Shown one piece after another: positions 54,736-64,000 of a stretch of 64,000 bases of DNA (position 1 is its first letter; each line of letters begins with the position of its first letter). Location of the stretch: the IMG/VR virus record IMGVR_UViG_3300045988_147330, positions 35,470 to 99,469 of that record; one strand, written 5' to 3'. Source of the stretch: a virus. The notes beneath the pieces were generated by a model. It was given only the letters and a program-made list of their open reading frames with translations. It did no database searches and was not told where the DNA came from. Both the position numbers and the translations under genes were made by a program.

Positions 54736-54807
54736 GGTGCTTTGGATGAGCGGTTTAGTCAACAGTCTGCAAAACTGATAACGGCGGTTCGATTCCGCCA
54801 AGCACCT
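54736..54807 (+). tRNA. tRNA-Cys (anticodon GCA)
   Basis: Hand fold: acceptor GGTGCTT/AAGCACC, T-arm GGCGG-TTCGATT-CCGCC, anticodon loop CT-GCA-AA, discriminator U; no encoded CCA. Confidence 0.85.
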
Positions 54808-54850
54808 CTTGTTCTTGTATTTCAAATTTTTGTTTTTTTGTTCATAATAA

Positions 54851-54890
54851 ACGCCCTATCAACTGTGAAGTTAGTAGGGCGTATTTTTTT
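54851..54890. terminator. intrinsic terminator after tRNA-Cys, also abutting the TMP stop
   Basis: 8-bp stem acgcccta/tagggcgt followed by attttttt. Confidence 0.6.
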
Positions 54891-57800
54891 AGTCTACAAT
54901 AACTTTTATCGCATTTCCTCCTGACCTTGGAGCGATAGAAACTACACTTAACAATGCTGCCTTTATTGCCATAGTAGCAGCAAGTTGTTGCGTTAATATA
55001 CTCAATTGTGCTTGTTGTATAGCTGTTATATTAACACCTCCTGTTCCTGCCGAACCACCATTCAATGATACAAGCTGACGTAATAAATCGCTTTGTACAA
55101 TCATCTCATATCTCATTCCATTAATATATCCTAGTGCCTGATTAAATGTATTTTCATCTACCCCAGCAATAGCGTTAGATAAGCCTTCTGCATTTTCTTT
55201 TGTTTCAGTAAGCATCCCTCCCAACGCATTATTTATTTCGTTAACAACGCCACTCGCTTCCGCAAATGATGATTCTAACGAACCTAAAATAATACCTAGG
55301 TTTTTAACTTCTTCTTCGTCAAGTTTATTGTCAGCAAACATGCCTCCTTTCCCATCTGTACCAAACAGTGTAGTTTCTACCTGTTTTAAGGCTTTTTCTA
55401 TATATTGTTGCTGAATCCAGCTTTTAACTACATCCCTCATTACATCAGCCACGGTGTCTTTATACGCTTTCGCTGCATCTTCTCCGTTAAGCCATGCGTC
55501 AACTAAGGCATCTCCAAACTGACTAGCCCAGCTTTTCAAGTCAATACTGTACAAATCCTTGGCTAATTCTTCTGTAAAATATCTTATTTGATACTCTATT
55601 TCCTTTATAGACTGTTTATATTCTTCAACTTTTTCCCTGTCTGATTTCTTCTTGTCTTCTTCGGCAGATAAAATATCTTTCTGGATTTGCAATTGTTCTT
55701 TTAAATTTGATACTTGTTGAGATGTGACTTCATCCAGCCTCTCAGGATCAATAAGATGATCAAATTCCTTTTCAAGCATATTGTATATGTTTGTCAACTT
55801 CTTTGATTCAAATTCCAAATCTTCAATATGCTTTTGTAATCTTTTGTCATGTTGCCTGTTAAACGTTGCGATAACGTCAAGTGGCATTGATATAGCTGAT
55901 CCTATAGCACCTGCAAAATCACCACTTTTAAATGAATCCCACGATTTTTTCACGCCTTCATTCATAACGCCCATAGCCTCTGAAAACTGATTCATTTCAC
56001 GCATAAACCCACTTTCCGTATCTTTACCCATAGAATCCATCAAGTTAGAAACAGATGATATCACTTGCTGCATTGCTTTTATCGCATTATATATATTGGT
56101 TATGATGAAGTCGATAAGATTTACTGTCTGCAAAGCGTTTTGTGCAGCAGCCATCATTCCCTTACCAGTCTTAACAGATTCTTGTCCACTCTTATATCTT
56201 GATTCGGCTTCTGACTTGGCACTTAACGCAGCATTGGCAGCTTCTTCATCACCATTTTTCATTGCTTCTTGATATGCGTTAGAAGCCTTTTCAATATCAG
56301 CCATAGCCTGTTTCATATCATTCATACCTGCCATCATCGTCGACTTTCCAGCATCATATCTCTTGTTGTATAGACCTTCAATACCATCTTTCATGTATGT
56401 TTGCAAATCAGACTCGTTGTTCTTCATCATCTTCTCTATCTGCTTATCCACACGTTCAAGTTCTTTCATGTACTCTCTTGCGCTGATAGCACCCGATCTG
56501 AATGCACTATTAAGCATTTCCCTTACTTTGTCAGCAACAGTATTCGCAGCTTCCATAGACATAGCTTCCACCGCACCGAAGAAGTTTTGATAGTCGGTAG
56601 TCAACTTAAACAAATCCATCTCTTCGCTTTTCTGCAATGCGGAAGACAAGGATGTATTACCCATTCCTTCTGCGGTTGCAATCTTTTTACGATACTTTTC
56701 TCTGATAATATCTACCTGAGTATAATAATCTCCATATTCAGCCAAATCATTAGCATATTGTCTAGCCATTTCTCCAAAATATCCTTTCCATGCGTCAATC
56801 ATACCTTGGATAACTTGTTTCTGTTCATCACCTATATTCTTATTTCCTTTAATAGCCTCCTGTACCTGATTGATGTACTGGTTCATTGAGGTGAATGAAG
56901 ATGTATCGGGCACGACAGAAACGCCAAGATCAAGATTCATTCCTGCCAATGCGGATTGCAGATTGTTGTATATACCTGCTGCAAAACTTTCAGCCATAGT
57001 AGATGTGTCACCACTAAACTGAACTGCAAGGTCTAATGCGAGATCAGTATTGCCTGTTATTCCAAGTATATCCTGGAAGAAGTCATACTTGTTCCTATAA
57101 CGATCAAATTCATCAGTTATCCTTTTCATCACTTTCTTAGCGGCATCAACATATATTTCAGAAGACAATTCTGATGCTTTTCTTGCATTTTTAACAGCAT
57201 CCTGAGGGACACGTTTTTCCAACTCCTTTGCTGCCTTATTGTAGTTGTCAATAATAGCTTGTTTATCATAGACAATATCTACCCCAAGTTTTAATGCTTG
57301 TGGACCATATATAGCATCAATTTGTTTTTTTGCTTCCTCTTTACCTATATTGACACTTAAATCCTTAAATTTAGAATAAGCTGATTCAAGCAAGGATAAT
57401 CTATTTTTCCACAAGTCAGCAAGAGGATCACGCCCTTTAGATTTTTTTTGCTTTTCTAATTCTAAATTAAACTGTTTGGCGGTTCCTGTAGCTTTTGACA
57501 TTGCTTCATTAGCGGCATTAATCTCATATACCGTCTGTTGCACTTGCTCGGCTTCATCTGGACTTACAATACCTGATATTTTATATTCATCGCCAAGTTT
57601 CTTGACCTTTCCTTGACTGACATACATATCAATGGTCTTCTGTAAATTATCAATAGAACTTTTAGCATCTTTATATTCTTGCTTAACCGCTTTAAAGTAA
57701 TCCTCCATAGATTTTACATCAGCAGCCTTTATCGCAATAGTCCATTTATGTCCTGTAATTTCATCAAGAGATTTTTTCCATCCAGTCAAACCTTCCTGTG

Positions 57801-60800
57801 CTTCTTTATCGTCAAGTTCTATTTCAACAGCATATTTTTTGTCAATAAATTCATTAAACAATTTTTTAGCATTCTCCCCAAGTTCGCTAGTTGTGGCAAA
57901 ATTTTCAGACTGAATCCTTATAAAGTCCTTTTGAGCCTCATTTAATTTATTTACATCAATACCAACAAATACTTTTTTCAATTCTTTATCAAGACTGTTT
58001 GCAAAAACATTAAATGATTTTTCAAGTTCTTTAGTTTCGCCCATTATACCTACTTTCAGTTTGTCATATTCCTTCAACAATTCCTCACTGTCAAAATGGG
58101 TTTTGTTCTTGAATATTTCAAATGTTCGCGCATCCCCTGACGTTTCAGCCAAAGAACGTATCTTCTCGACAATAGTAGCTGCCGAAGCTCCTTTATTTAT
58201 AAGTTCGGTAAGTTCGTTTCTCCATTCCTTAGTACCCTTACCCATGTTTATAATCTCTTTGGATGCCTGTACTATCTGCCCACGGAACTCTTCTATATTC
58301 TTTCCTGATGAAGTTAGTTTTACGGCTGATTCTTCATAATCTTTAAGCAAATCAGAGAATGAATCACCAAACACACCTGTAGATGTTGCCTTGTCCGCCT
58401 TGAACAATATATCCGCATTTTCGGCAGCACGTTTATATGTTTGTTCTAGTTCTGCTGTTGAATTTTGAAGATATTCCACACGCGATTTTTGATCATCTAT
58501 CTTCTTGCTGTTCTGTATGATATACTGACCAATATTACCATATTTAGATAATATGCCATTCAATGTTTCCTCATACAACTGCAACTGCTTCGTATCAAGT
58601 GTCTGAATATTCTCAGGGGTGAGTTTATCGAAGTTTATCTTATCAAGGTCTTTTTGCAAGTCACTATATGACTCACGGAAAGATTTTGCACTATCTTTTA
58701 TCTTCTGATTAAACTCTTCCGATCTTGCTGACATCACATGAAACGCTTCCGCTACAAGCCCTGCAACGGTAAGTATAGTCATTAAAGGATTAGCCTTTAT
58801 TGTAAGCCATAAGGTTTTAAGTGAATTTGTCAATCCGAAAGTGGCAAGTTTAATTCTATTCATCCACATCGTTGTTCTTGTCATAGACAATACTCTTGCA
58901 GCTTCCGCACCTGTCAATTTAAGTTCGGTTACAAGAAGGTGACGTTCCGCTTGAGTCAACATGTTTGTTGCAAGTATACGCTTTGCCATTTCAGCAGACA
59001 TTTTCCCTGAATTTACAGCAGCAGCTATTTCTACAGCAGATAATTGTGTGGATGTGGCTATTTTCCATTTCTCGGCCGTAGTAAGTGTTCTATACATAGC
59101 AGCCTGTTTAAGTAAATTTGCCTCACGTAATTTTTCTGCCTTAAGGGTATTAGTTGTTGCAACAACTTCTTTTCCAAGCATTGCTATTCTAGCCAACTGT
59201 AATGCTTTCAATGCAGCATATCCGACAGCAACTCCCTCTATTGCTTTTGCGAAATATCTCCAATTAGTCATTGCATCAGTTATGCTTCCTACAATTCCTT
59301 TCAGAACAGAATCATTTGCCTCACCTATATCATTCATCATAACCTTGTATGCATCTGCAAGGTTGCTGACCATACCTTTCAATGAAGCGGCCTGTATCTC
59401 CTGCATTTTATAAAACATACCTCCGTCCTCTGTCATTGTAGTAAACATTTCCTTGATATACTCAAAAGGAACTTGACGGGTAGAAATGGCGTTGAACACA
59501 TCATCAGTTGTCTGGGCTACACCCCTTACTTCTTCAAGTTTTTTTCTCAATGCGTCCAATGCCGGAATACCTGCTTCTGTAAGTTGTCGTAATTCCTGTC
59601 CTCTTAATACACCTGCACTTCTTATCTGACCATAGGCAAGAATAATACGTCCCATGTCTACCCCAAGACCTGCGGAAACATCTGCAAGGCTCTTCATCGT
59701 GCCATACAGTTCATTTACAGGAATTTGGAATGCAGCAAGCTGTTTAGTGTAACTAACAAGTTCACCAAACTGGAAAGGAGATATTACAGCAAGTCCCTTA
59801 ATCTGATTGAATATTTGGTCAGCCCGCCTTGCATCTTGTATGATAGCACGTAATGAAACTTGTTGCAACTCAAACTCACCCCTAATATTAACAAGCTCCT
59901 GGAACATATCTCTGAAAAAGTAAAACCCTGCGTAAGTCTTCAAAGTGTTCACGAACTCACGCATCATGCGGCTTTGCTTTGTCAATTCTTCTGTAAATTC
60001 TTTAGAGCTTGCAGCATTTTTCTGATTGGTTTGCTGCATCTTCACTCCATAGGCTGTCGCTTCATTGACAAATTTGTTATGCTCCTGTATCTTTCTGTTA
60101 AGAAGAGTAAGGGTGCGGTTATAGTTCGCATCAGTCGTATTAAGAGCATTCCGTCTGTTAGTCAATTCAGAAATAAGATTATTAGCCTGATTGATAGATG
60201 TTGGATTGATATTAAGCAATTCATTAGTTGACGTTTGTTTCAAAGACGATTGCAATTTTTCCAATCTACCTTGTAATCTTTGAATAAGAGTATCAGCCTT
60301 TGTTACTTGACTGCTATTCAAAGGGATTTCAACCTTAAATTTAGTCAACAGTTCTAGACGTTTCTGTATGGCTGCTATCTTCCTATTCAAGTCTTCTGCA
60401 CTCCCTTCCGGCATACCAAGTGCAAGACCTGACTGACCTGACAAAAATTGAAGATATCTCTGATTGGCTTGCTGCATTCTTCTGTTTGCTTGTTCTTGTT
60501 TTGCAGCCTGTCTATCCATTTCTTTTGTCCTTGCAATCTCCATCTCATATTGCTGACGTAGAAGATTAAGCTCCCTTTCATCAGTAATAGACAATTTAGG
60601 CGCACTATTTGCTGTAAGGGAATATGCAGTTTTCAGTCTATTCAGTTCAGATACAAGATCGTTTATTGCTTTCTTTTGACTTTCAAGATTTGCTTTTCTT
60701 GTAGACATACCTTTATCTCCACCTGCATTACCAAGGTTACGGTAAGTCTTTTCTAATCTGTCATACTCCCTTGTAGCTTCAACTATTTTATTTGATAAAT

Positions 60801-61065
60801 TTTCGATCTGGACAAGCATGTCCATTTTCTTATTTGATTTACCATTTCCTACTTTAGATGCGCTTTCATTTGCATTCTTTATTTTTTCAGCTACTTCTGA
60901 CAATTGTTTGTTAATCTTACCAATATCAGTCAATACAGGCTTGAAGGACATTTCCTGATTGAAAGTGTCCTGTAACTTCTTCTGTATGTCTTTTATCTGT
61001 TTGTCAAGACCTGAATCATCTAGTCCTATCTTGAATTTTAATGCTCCTAAATCAATATCAGCCAT
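54889..61065 (-). CDS. tail tape measure protein (2058 aa)
   Basis: Very long, mostly helical/coiled-coil protein; core GQIRSAGVLRGQELRQLTEAGIPALDAL resembles the TMP core region; hydrophobic segments mid-protein. Confidence 0.8.
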   Translation of the reverse strand: MADIDLGALKFKIGLDDSGLDKQIKDIQKKLQDTFNQEMSFKPVLTDIGKINKQLSEVAEKIKNANESASKVGNGKSNKKMDMLVQIENLSNKIVEATREYDRLEKTYRNLGNAGGDKGMSTRKANLESQKKAINDLVSELNRLKTAYSLTANSAPKLSITDERELNLLRQQYEMEIARTKEMDRQAAKQEQANRRMQQANQRYLQFLSGQSGLALGMPEGSAEDLNRKIAAIQKRLELLTKFKVEIPLNSSQVTKADTLIQRLQGRLEKLQSSLKQTSTNELLNINPTSINQANNLISELTNRRNALNTTDANYNRTLTLLNRKIQEHNKFVNEATAYGVKMQQTNQKNAASSKEFTEELTKQSRMMREFVNTLKTYAGFYFFRDMFQELVNIRGEFELQQVSLRAIIQDARRADQIFNQIKGLAVISPFQFGELVSYTKQLAAFQIPVNELYGTMKSLADVSAGLGVDMGRIILAYGQIRSAGVLRGQELRQLTEAGIPALDALRKKLEEVRGVAQTTDDVFNAISTRQVPFEYIKEMFTTMTEDGGMFYKMQEIQAASLKGMVSNLADAYKVMMNDIGEANDSVLKGIVGSITDAMTNWRYFAKAIEGVAVGYAALKALQLARIAMLGKEVVATTNTLKAEKLREANLLKQAAMYRTLTTAEKWKIATSTQLSAVEIAAAVNSGKMSAEMAKRILATNMLTQAERHLLVTELKLTGAEAARVLSMTRTTMWMNRIKLATFGLTNSLKTLWLTIKANPLMTILTVAGLVAEAFHVMSARSEEFNQKIKDSAKSFRESYSDLQKDLDKINFDKLTPENIQTLDTKQLQLYEETLNGILSKYGNIGQYIIQNSKKIDDQKSRVEYLQNSTAELEQTYKRAAENADILFKADKATSTGVFGDSFSDLLKDYEESAVKLTSSGKNIEEFRGQIVQASKEIINMGKGTKEWRNELTELINKGASAATIVEKIRSLAETSGDARTFEIFKNKTHFDSEELLKEYDKLKVGIMGETKELEKSFNVFANSLDKELKKVFVGIDVNKLNEAQKDFIRIQSENFATTSELGENAKKLFNEFIDKKYAVEIELDDKEAQEGLTGWKKSLDEITGHKWTIAIKAADVKSMEDYFKAVKQEYKDAKSSIDNLQKTIDMYVSQGKVKKLGDEYKISGIVSPDEAEQVQQTVYEINAANEAMSKATGTAKQFNLELEKQKKSKGRDPLADLWKNRLSLLESAYSKFKDLSVNIGKEEAKKQIDAIYGPQALKLGVDIVYDKQAIIDNYNKAAKELEKRVPQDAVKNARKASELSSEIYVDAAKKVMKRITDEFDRYRNKYDFFQDILGITGNTDLALDLAVQFSGDTSTMAESFAAGIYNNLQSALAGMNLDLGVSVVPDTSSFTSMNQYINQVQEAIKGNKNIGDEQKQVIQGMIDAWKGYFGEMARQYANDLAEYGDYYTQVDIIREKYRKKIATAEGMGNTSLSSALQKSEEMDLFKLTTDYQNFFGAVEAMSMEAANTVADKVREMLNSAFRSGAISAREYMKELERVDKQIEKMMKNNESDLQTYMKDGIEGLYNKRYDAGKSTMMAGMNDMKQAMADIEKASNAYQEAMKNGDEEAANAALSAKSEAESRYKSGQESVKTGKGMMAAAQNALQTVNLIDFIITNIYNAIKAMQQVISSVSNLMDSMGKDTESGFMREMNQFSEAMGVMNEGVKKSWDSFKSGDFAGAIGSAISMPLDVIATFNRQHDKRLQKHIEDLEFESKKLTNIYNMLEKEFDHLIDPERLDEVTSQQVSNLKEQLQIQKDILSAEEDKKKSDREKVEEYKQSIKEIEYQIRYFTEELAKDLYSIDLKSWASQFGDALVDAWLNGEDAAKAYKDTVADVMRDVVKSWIQQQYIEKALKQVETTLFGTDGKGGMFADNKLDEEEVKNLGIILGSLESSFAEASGVVNEINNALGGMLTETKENAEGLSNAIAGVDENTFNQALGYINGMRYEMIVQSDLLRQLVSLNGGSAGTGGVNITAIQQAQLSILTQQLAATMAIKAALLSVVSIAPRSGGNAIKVIVD

Positions 61066-61086
61066 ACTAATAAACTTTAATTATGG

Positions 61087-61094
61087 CAAAAATA
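61087..61094 (-). promoter_or_regulatory. -7 promoter motif TATTTTTG (minus strand) for the TMP gene
   Basis: Reverse complement of caaaaata, ~21 nt upstream of ATG 61065. Confidence 0.35.
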
Positions 61095-61187
61095 ACAAAA
61101 AATAAGCATAATTATATGATTGATAACAAGTAAAAATATATTAGTATTTTTTAACATATTTAAAATAGTAAATAAAGCCAATTATAC

Positions 61188-61195
61188 TATCTTTG
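61188..61195 (+). promoter_or_regulatory. -7 promoter motif TATCTTTG (plus strand, divergent)
   Basis: 21 nt upstream of ATG 61217. Confidence 0.4.
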
Positions 61196-61216
61196 CATTG
61201 ACTAATTTTTATAACT

Positions 61217-61558
61217 ATGGCTGTAGAAGAAAACAAAGTAACGCTAGTAGGCGTAAATAGTGCTAGTGTCATGTTCAGTAATGATGCTAATGCTGAAAAA
61301 CAGTATAAAGTAAAAGCAAATGTAAACGTATCAGATGGCACTAACATCAATTCATTTGATGGCGGAGAAGTGAAATCTCTTGAGTCGGAAAATATGTTAG
61401 CGACTTTTTATTTCAATCAGGGGGGAGGTATAAATATAAACTACAATGACCACCCGGAACTGGATACCCAGATCGCTATAATTACCATTATCAACTCCTT
61501 TGTTACCGATGTAAAAAGCTACATCAATCAAAAAGGAATATCAACAATTTCGTTTTAA
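61217..61558 (+). CDS. hypothetical protein
   Basis: 113-aa ORF. Confidence 0.5.
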   Translation: MAVEENKVTLVGVNSASVMFSNDANAEKQYKVKANVNVSDGTNINSFDGGEVKSLESENMLATFYFNQGGGININYNDHPELDTQIAIITIINSFVTDVKSYINQKGISTISF

Positions 61559-61569
61559 AAGAAGAATAT

Positions 61570-62100
61570 ATGACAAATCAAGAAATGTTTTTAAAGAGAT
61601 TAACTCTCTTGAATATCCCTCTATCATTAGGAGATAAGGAACTTCCATCAGATTTGAAAGCAAAGATTATGCTTATGCGTGTATCTTACGACAAAGGTGT
61701 AAAATCATTTGAGGATGATATGCAACAACTTGTTAAAGAAATAAAGAAGGAAGGATACGATGAGCGCGCCCAGAATATCAACCGCATGAAGGAAATTGAT
61801 GGAAAGGAAGACGCGACAAAAGAGGAAAAGAAAGAAGCGGATGAAATCAGAAAAACAGAAGAGGATTTCAACAAGGAAACAGAAGAACTTAACAAAGCAT
61901 ACTCTGAGGCATACCAGCAAAAATTACAGGAAGATTCAGAAATGAAACCGAAATATCTTTCTTTTGAAGGATTTACTCACATTATTGATCTTATCGGTAC
62001 TAACGGAACGATTGAAGTAAAATGGAACACCCCTGAACCGTTGAATATACCGAAAGAAGAGTTTATATCTCTTATAGCAACAAACTTGATGGATGAATAA
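61570..62100 (+). CDS. hypothetical protein with acidic/lysine-rich coiled-coil centre
   Basis: 176-aa ORF. Confidence 0.55.
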   Translation: MTNQEMFLKRLTLLNIPLSLGDKELPSDLKAKIMLMRVSYDKGVKSFEDDMQQLVKEIKKEGYDERAQNINRMKEIDGKEDATKEEKKEADEIRKTEEDFNKETEELNKAYSEAYQQKLQEDSEMKPKYLSFEGFTHIIDLIGTNGTIEVKWNTPEPLNIPKEEFISLIATNLMDE

Positions 62101-62127
62101 GCCGTTTTCTATATTGCTATTTTTTTT

Positions 62128-62577
62128 TTGTTACTGTCGTGTTCTTGCTCACGCAAGCTACTTTCCTCTTCGACAAATACAACTATAGTAGACCACAACA
62201 CGACAGTGACAGAAAGAATAGTATGGCAATCAAAAATAATCACCCTTCCTGTAGAGCATACACAACAAGTAACGTTTGAAGACAGTTCACATCTTGAAAC
62301 ATCATTAGCCATATCAGACGCTAGAATAATGGCAGATGGTAGACTTTTTCATAGTTTAAAGAACAAGACGAACTTTTTACAAGACAGTATTCCATCTTTG
62401 GAAAAAGAAACGGTGGTAACAAAAGATTCGATAATAACCGTAGAAAAAATTGTAGAAGTAGAAGTAGAGGTGGAAAAGGAATTGTCAAAATGGCAAAAAA
62501 TACTGATAAGTCTTGGATACATAGGTATCGGTTTCATATTGTTTTCAGGTTACAAAATAGTCCGAAAGTTCGTGTAA
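62128..62577 (+). CDS. hypothetical C-terminally membrane-anchored protein (start uncertain)
   Basis: Track ORF begins at a TTG; first ATG is at 62329; C-terminal TM ILISLGYIGIGFILFSGY. Confidence 0.4.
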   Translation: MLLSCSCSRKLLSSSTNTTIVDHNTTVTERIVWQSKIITLPVEHTQQVTFEDSSHLETSLAISDARIMADGRLFHSLKNKTNFLQDSIPSLEKETVVTKDSIITVEKIVEVEVEVEKELSKWQKILISLGYIGIGFILFSGYKIVRKFV

Positions 62578-62587
62578 CTTTCGGACT
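62560..62587. terminator. bidirectional terminator
   Basis: 11-bp stem gtccgaaagtt/aactttcggac, then ttgttttt; lies between convergent genes. Confidence 0.6.
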
Positions 62588-62592
62588 TGTTT

Positions 62593-63765
62593 TTATCTAT
62601 CGACTGAACTTGGCGTTGGACCACTATCCTTTTTCATTCTAAGAATAACAGGATTTGTAATGTTATGATAATACCCATCCGTATGCTTATACACGATATT
62701 TGTAGTAACAAGCAATACACTTTCGCTAGCATTTGTCATTTTTGGTATCTGAGATCTGTCGCATCCATAGTTCATGGTACTACTTCCTCCAGCATTTATG
62801 CTCCAATTGGCAAGGTTTACACCTCTTTTAAGTGGAACATAAGAATAATACTCCTTGTTTGTGCCGGGCCAACGGAATTGAACAAATACATTATCATTAC
62901 TGATCGTATAACTGCTTCCGTTACTTATATTAAGAGTATTCCATAAAAGATTTTGATTATTAAGATTCAATATTCTAGATCCACTTCCACCATAATATAA
63001 GGACATAGCATAGCTAGATCCATTATCTGTAAAGGAAACATTAGGCCACATGGATATAGTAATACCTGTATTTGATGTTATTTTCAAAGAACCTCTCTCC
63101 ATTCCACTAGGAAAAAAACCTTTATAAGTACCATTTTTTTCTATATCCAAAACTAAAGAATAATCTCCAGCACCTAGAGAAGTTGTTAAATTAAGATATG
63201 GAATCGTGAATTTAAGAGATTGCTTATCAACAGGAATTGTAGTCTGATAATACTTACCTGTACCACTTTTAGAAGTAATAAAAAGCCTTATTTTATATCC
63301 GCTTAACAAGGAATCTCTTAAATCATAACACGTGATAAGGCTTGTATCATCTATGAGATATATGTCCAAATTACTCTTATCATTAAATATATCTCTAGTT
63401 ATATTGTAATTTTTAAGACCTAAACCCGTTTGAGCATTTTGGTTGTATCCATCAAAATCTGTAAGACGATATGGAGCACTACTACCACCATTAGGAGCGG
63501 AATAAGAAAAAATACCATAATCATGATTTCCTCCTTCTGTAAAGCTCAAACCATAAGATACTGACCTAAATTGTTCATCTGTCATTATCCCTAAATTAGA
63601 ATGCCTTACAGGCTTTTTTTTACTCCATTTGTTTATCTTCCCATGTGTATTTGCGCACGCATATCCCAAATCATACCCAATACCAATAGCACCGATACCA
63701 AGCGTAGCGTAAACATCATCGCCCAAATTTATCGGAGCAGTTATCTTACCGTTAGAATGTCCCAT
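62593..63765 (-). CDS. fibre-tip / receptor-binding-like protein (paralog B)
   Basis: See 44912..46015; divergent C-terminal ~260 aa. Confidence 0.55.
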   Translation of the reverse strand: MGHSNGKITAPINLGDDVYATLGIGAIGIGYDLGYACANTHGKINKWSKKKPVRHSNLGIMTDEQFRSVSYGLSFTEGGNHDYGIFSYSAPNGGSSAPYRLTDFDGYNQNAQTGLGLKNYNITRDIFNDKSNLDIYLIDDTSLITCYDLRDSLLSGYKIRLFITSKSGTGKYYQTTIPVDKQSLKFTIPYLNLTTSLGAGDYSLVLDIEKNGTYKGFFPSGMERGSLKITSNTGITISMWPNVSFTDNGSSYAMSLYYGGSGSRILNLNNQNLLWNTLNISNGSSYTISNDNVFVQFRWPGTNKEYYSYVPLKRGVNLANWSINAGGSSTMNYGCDRSQIPKMTNASESVLLVTTNIVYKHTDGYYHNITNPVILRMKKDSGPTPSSVDR

Positions 63766-63768
63766 AGG

Positions 63769-63966
63769 CTAAACCTCCACATATTTGTTGCAGACGATAT
63801 TACCACCTATGGTTAAGTCACCTGTTACATGAACATCTCCATCAACAATGACAGCCTGTGATAAATCAAATTTTTTTGGTATGTCACTACCATCCAGGGC
63901 TATTATCTCATAAAGCCCCTCTGTCGGGCTAAAGCCCCTCTGTCGGGCTAAAGCCCCTCTGTCGGG
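63769..63966 (-). pseudogene. start-less 3' gene fragment (..VIVDGDVHVTGDLTIGGNIVCNKYVEV*) running out of the tandem array
   Basis: Hand translation: open for 65 codons up to an in-frame TAG inside the 19-bp array, with no ATG/GTG/TTG start; stop is 3 nt before the next ATG. Confidence 0.4.
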
Positions 63967-64000
63967 CTAAAGCCCCTCTGTCGGGCTAAAGCCCCTCTGT
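63912..64000. repeat. 19-bp tandem repeat aaagcccctctgtcgggct, at least 4.7 copies (cut by window end)
   Basis: Direct reading; each unit junction forms the palindrome gggct-aa-agccc; stop codons in every frame on both strands per 57 bp. Confidence 0.95.

Noticed and set aside
46829-60231. Dozens of 60-190-aa ORFs inside or antisense to the 2575-aa fibre and 2058-aa tape measure genes
   Set aside because: All are fully nested in much longer, motif-supported ORFs. Their low-complexity, Ser/Leu/Phe-rich translations are typical of wrong-frame reading of AT-rich DNA.
63912-64000. CRISPR array (also considered for 12753-13250)
   Set aside because: Both are head-to-tail tandem repeats (19 bp and 18 bp) with no spacers between units. 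No cas genes are present in the window.
1-64000. Stop-codon reassignment (alternative genetic code), as seen in some gut phages
   Set aside because: The 2575-aa, 2058-aa, 800-aa and 643-aa ORFs are all uninterrupted under the standard code, and genes pack tightly. Nothing suggests recoding.

Overview
This is an AT-rich, densely packed phage or prophage segment. The Bacteroidota-type host assignment rests on repeated TAnnTTTG -7 promoter motifs, a DUF4494-like gene and the integrase type. All product calls come from motif recognition by eye; no database search was possible.

Layout:
- 1-31.2 kb: a plus-strand train of about 70 small early/replication genes. Recognisable products are YopX, a KilA-N antirepressor, an IscB nuclease, methyltransferases, a YqaJ-like exonuclease, an SF2 helicase split by an intein, a beta-clamp-like protein, a tyrosine integrase and a PP-loop/PAPS-reductase-like protein.
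- 31.27 kb: a bidirectional terminator.
- 31.3-64 kb: mainly minus-strand late genes. These include a DGR reverse transcriptase with its tail-fibre target, a 2575-aa fibre with an S74 chaperone domain, a 2058-aa tape measure protein and two paralogous fibre-tip proteins.
- Two plus-strand insertions interrupt the late region: a free-standing HNH homing endonuclease, and a 42.5-44.8 kb accessory island.

Most notable observations:
1. A complete diversity-generating retroelement. It has a 104-bp TR/VR pair with 12 mismatches, all at TR adenines on the coding strand. No recognisable Avd is present.
2. An apparently intact 414-aa IscB (OMEGA nuclease) with a structured upstream candidate omega-RNA.
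3. Four copies of an orphan TnpB 3'-end/right-end (omega-RNA-like) module, two of them behind an identical promoter. A second-family TnpB 3' fragment is fused to a truncated C5 methyltransferase.
4. An 18-bp x ~27 repeat array encoding G[ND]A[EWR]V[SY] with no synonymous variation.
5. A 19-bp hairpin-containing tandem array at the window end.
6. A tRNA-Cys and a non-canonical tRNA-like element.

DGR, IscB and inteins are known classes. What may be new is their combination and context in one phage, and the orphan guide-RNA-like modules.
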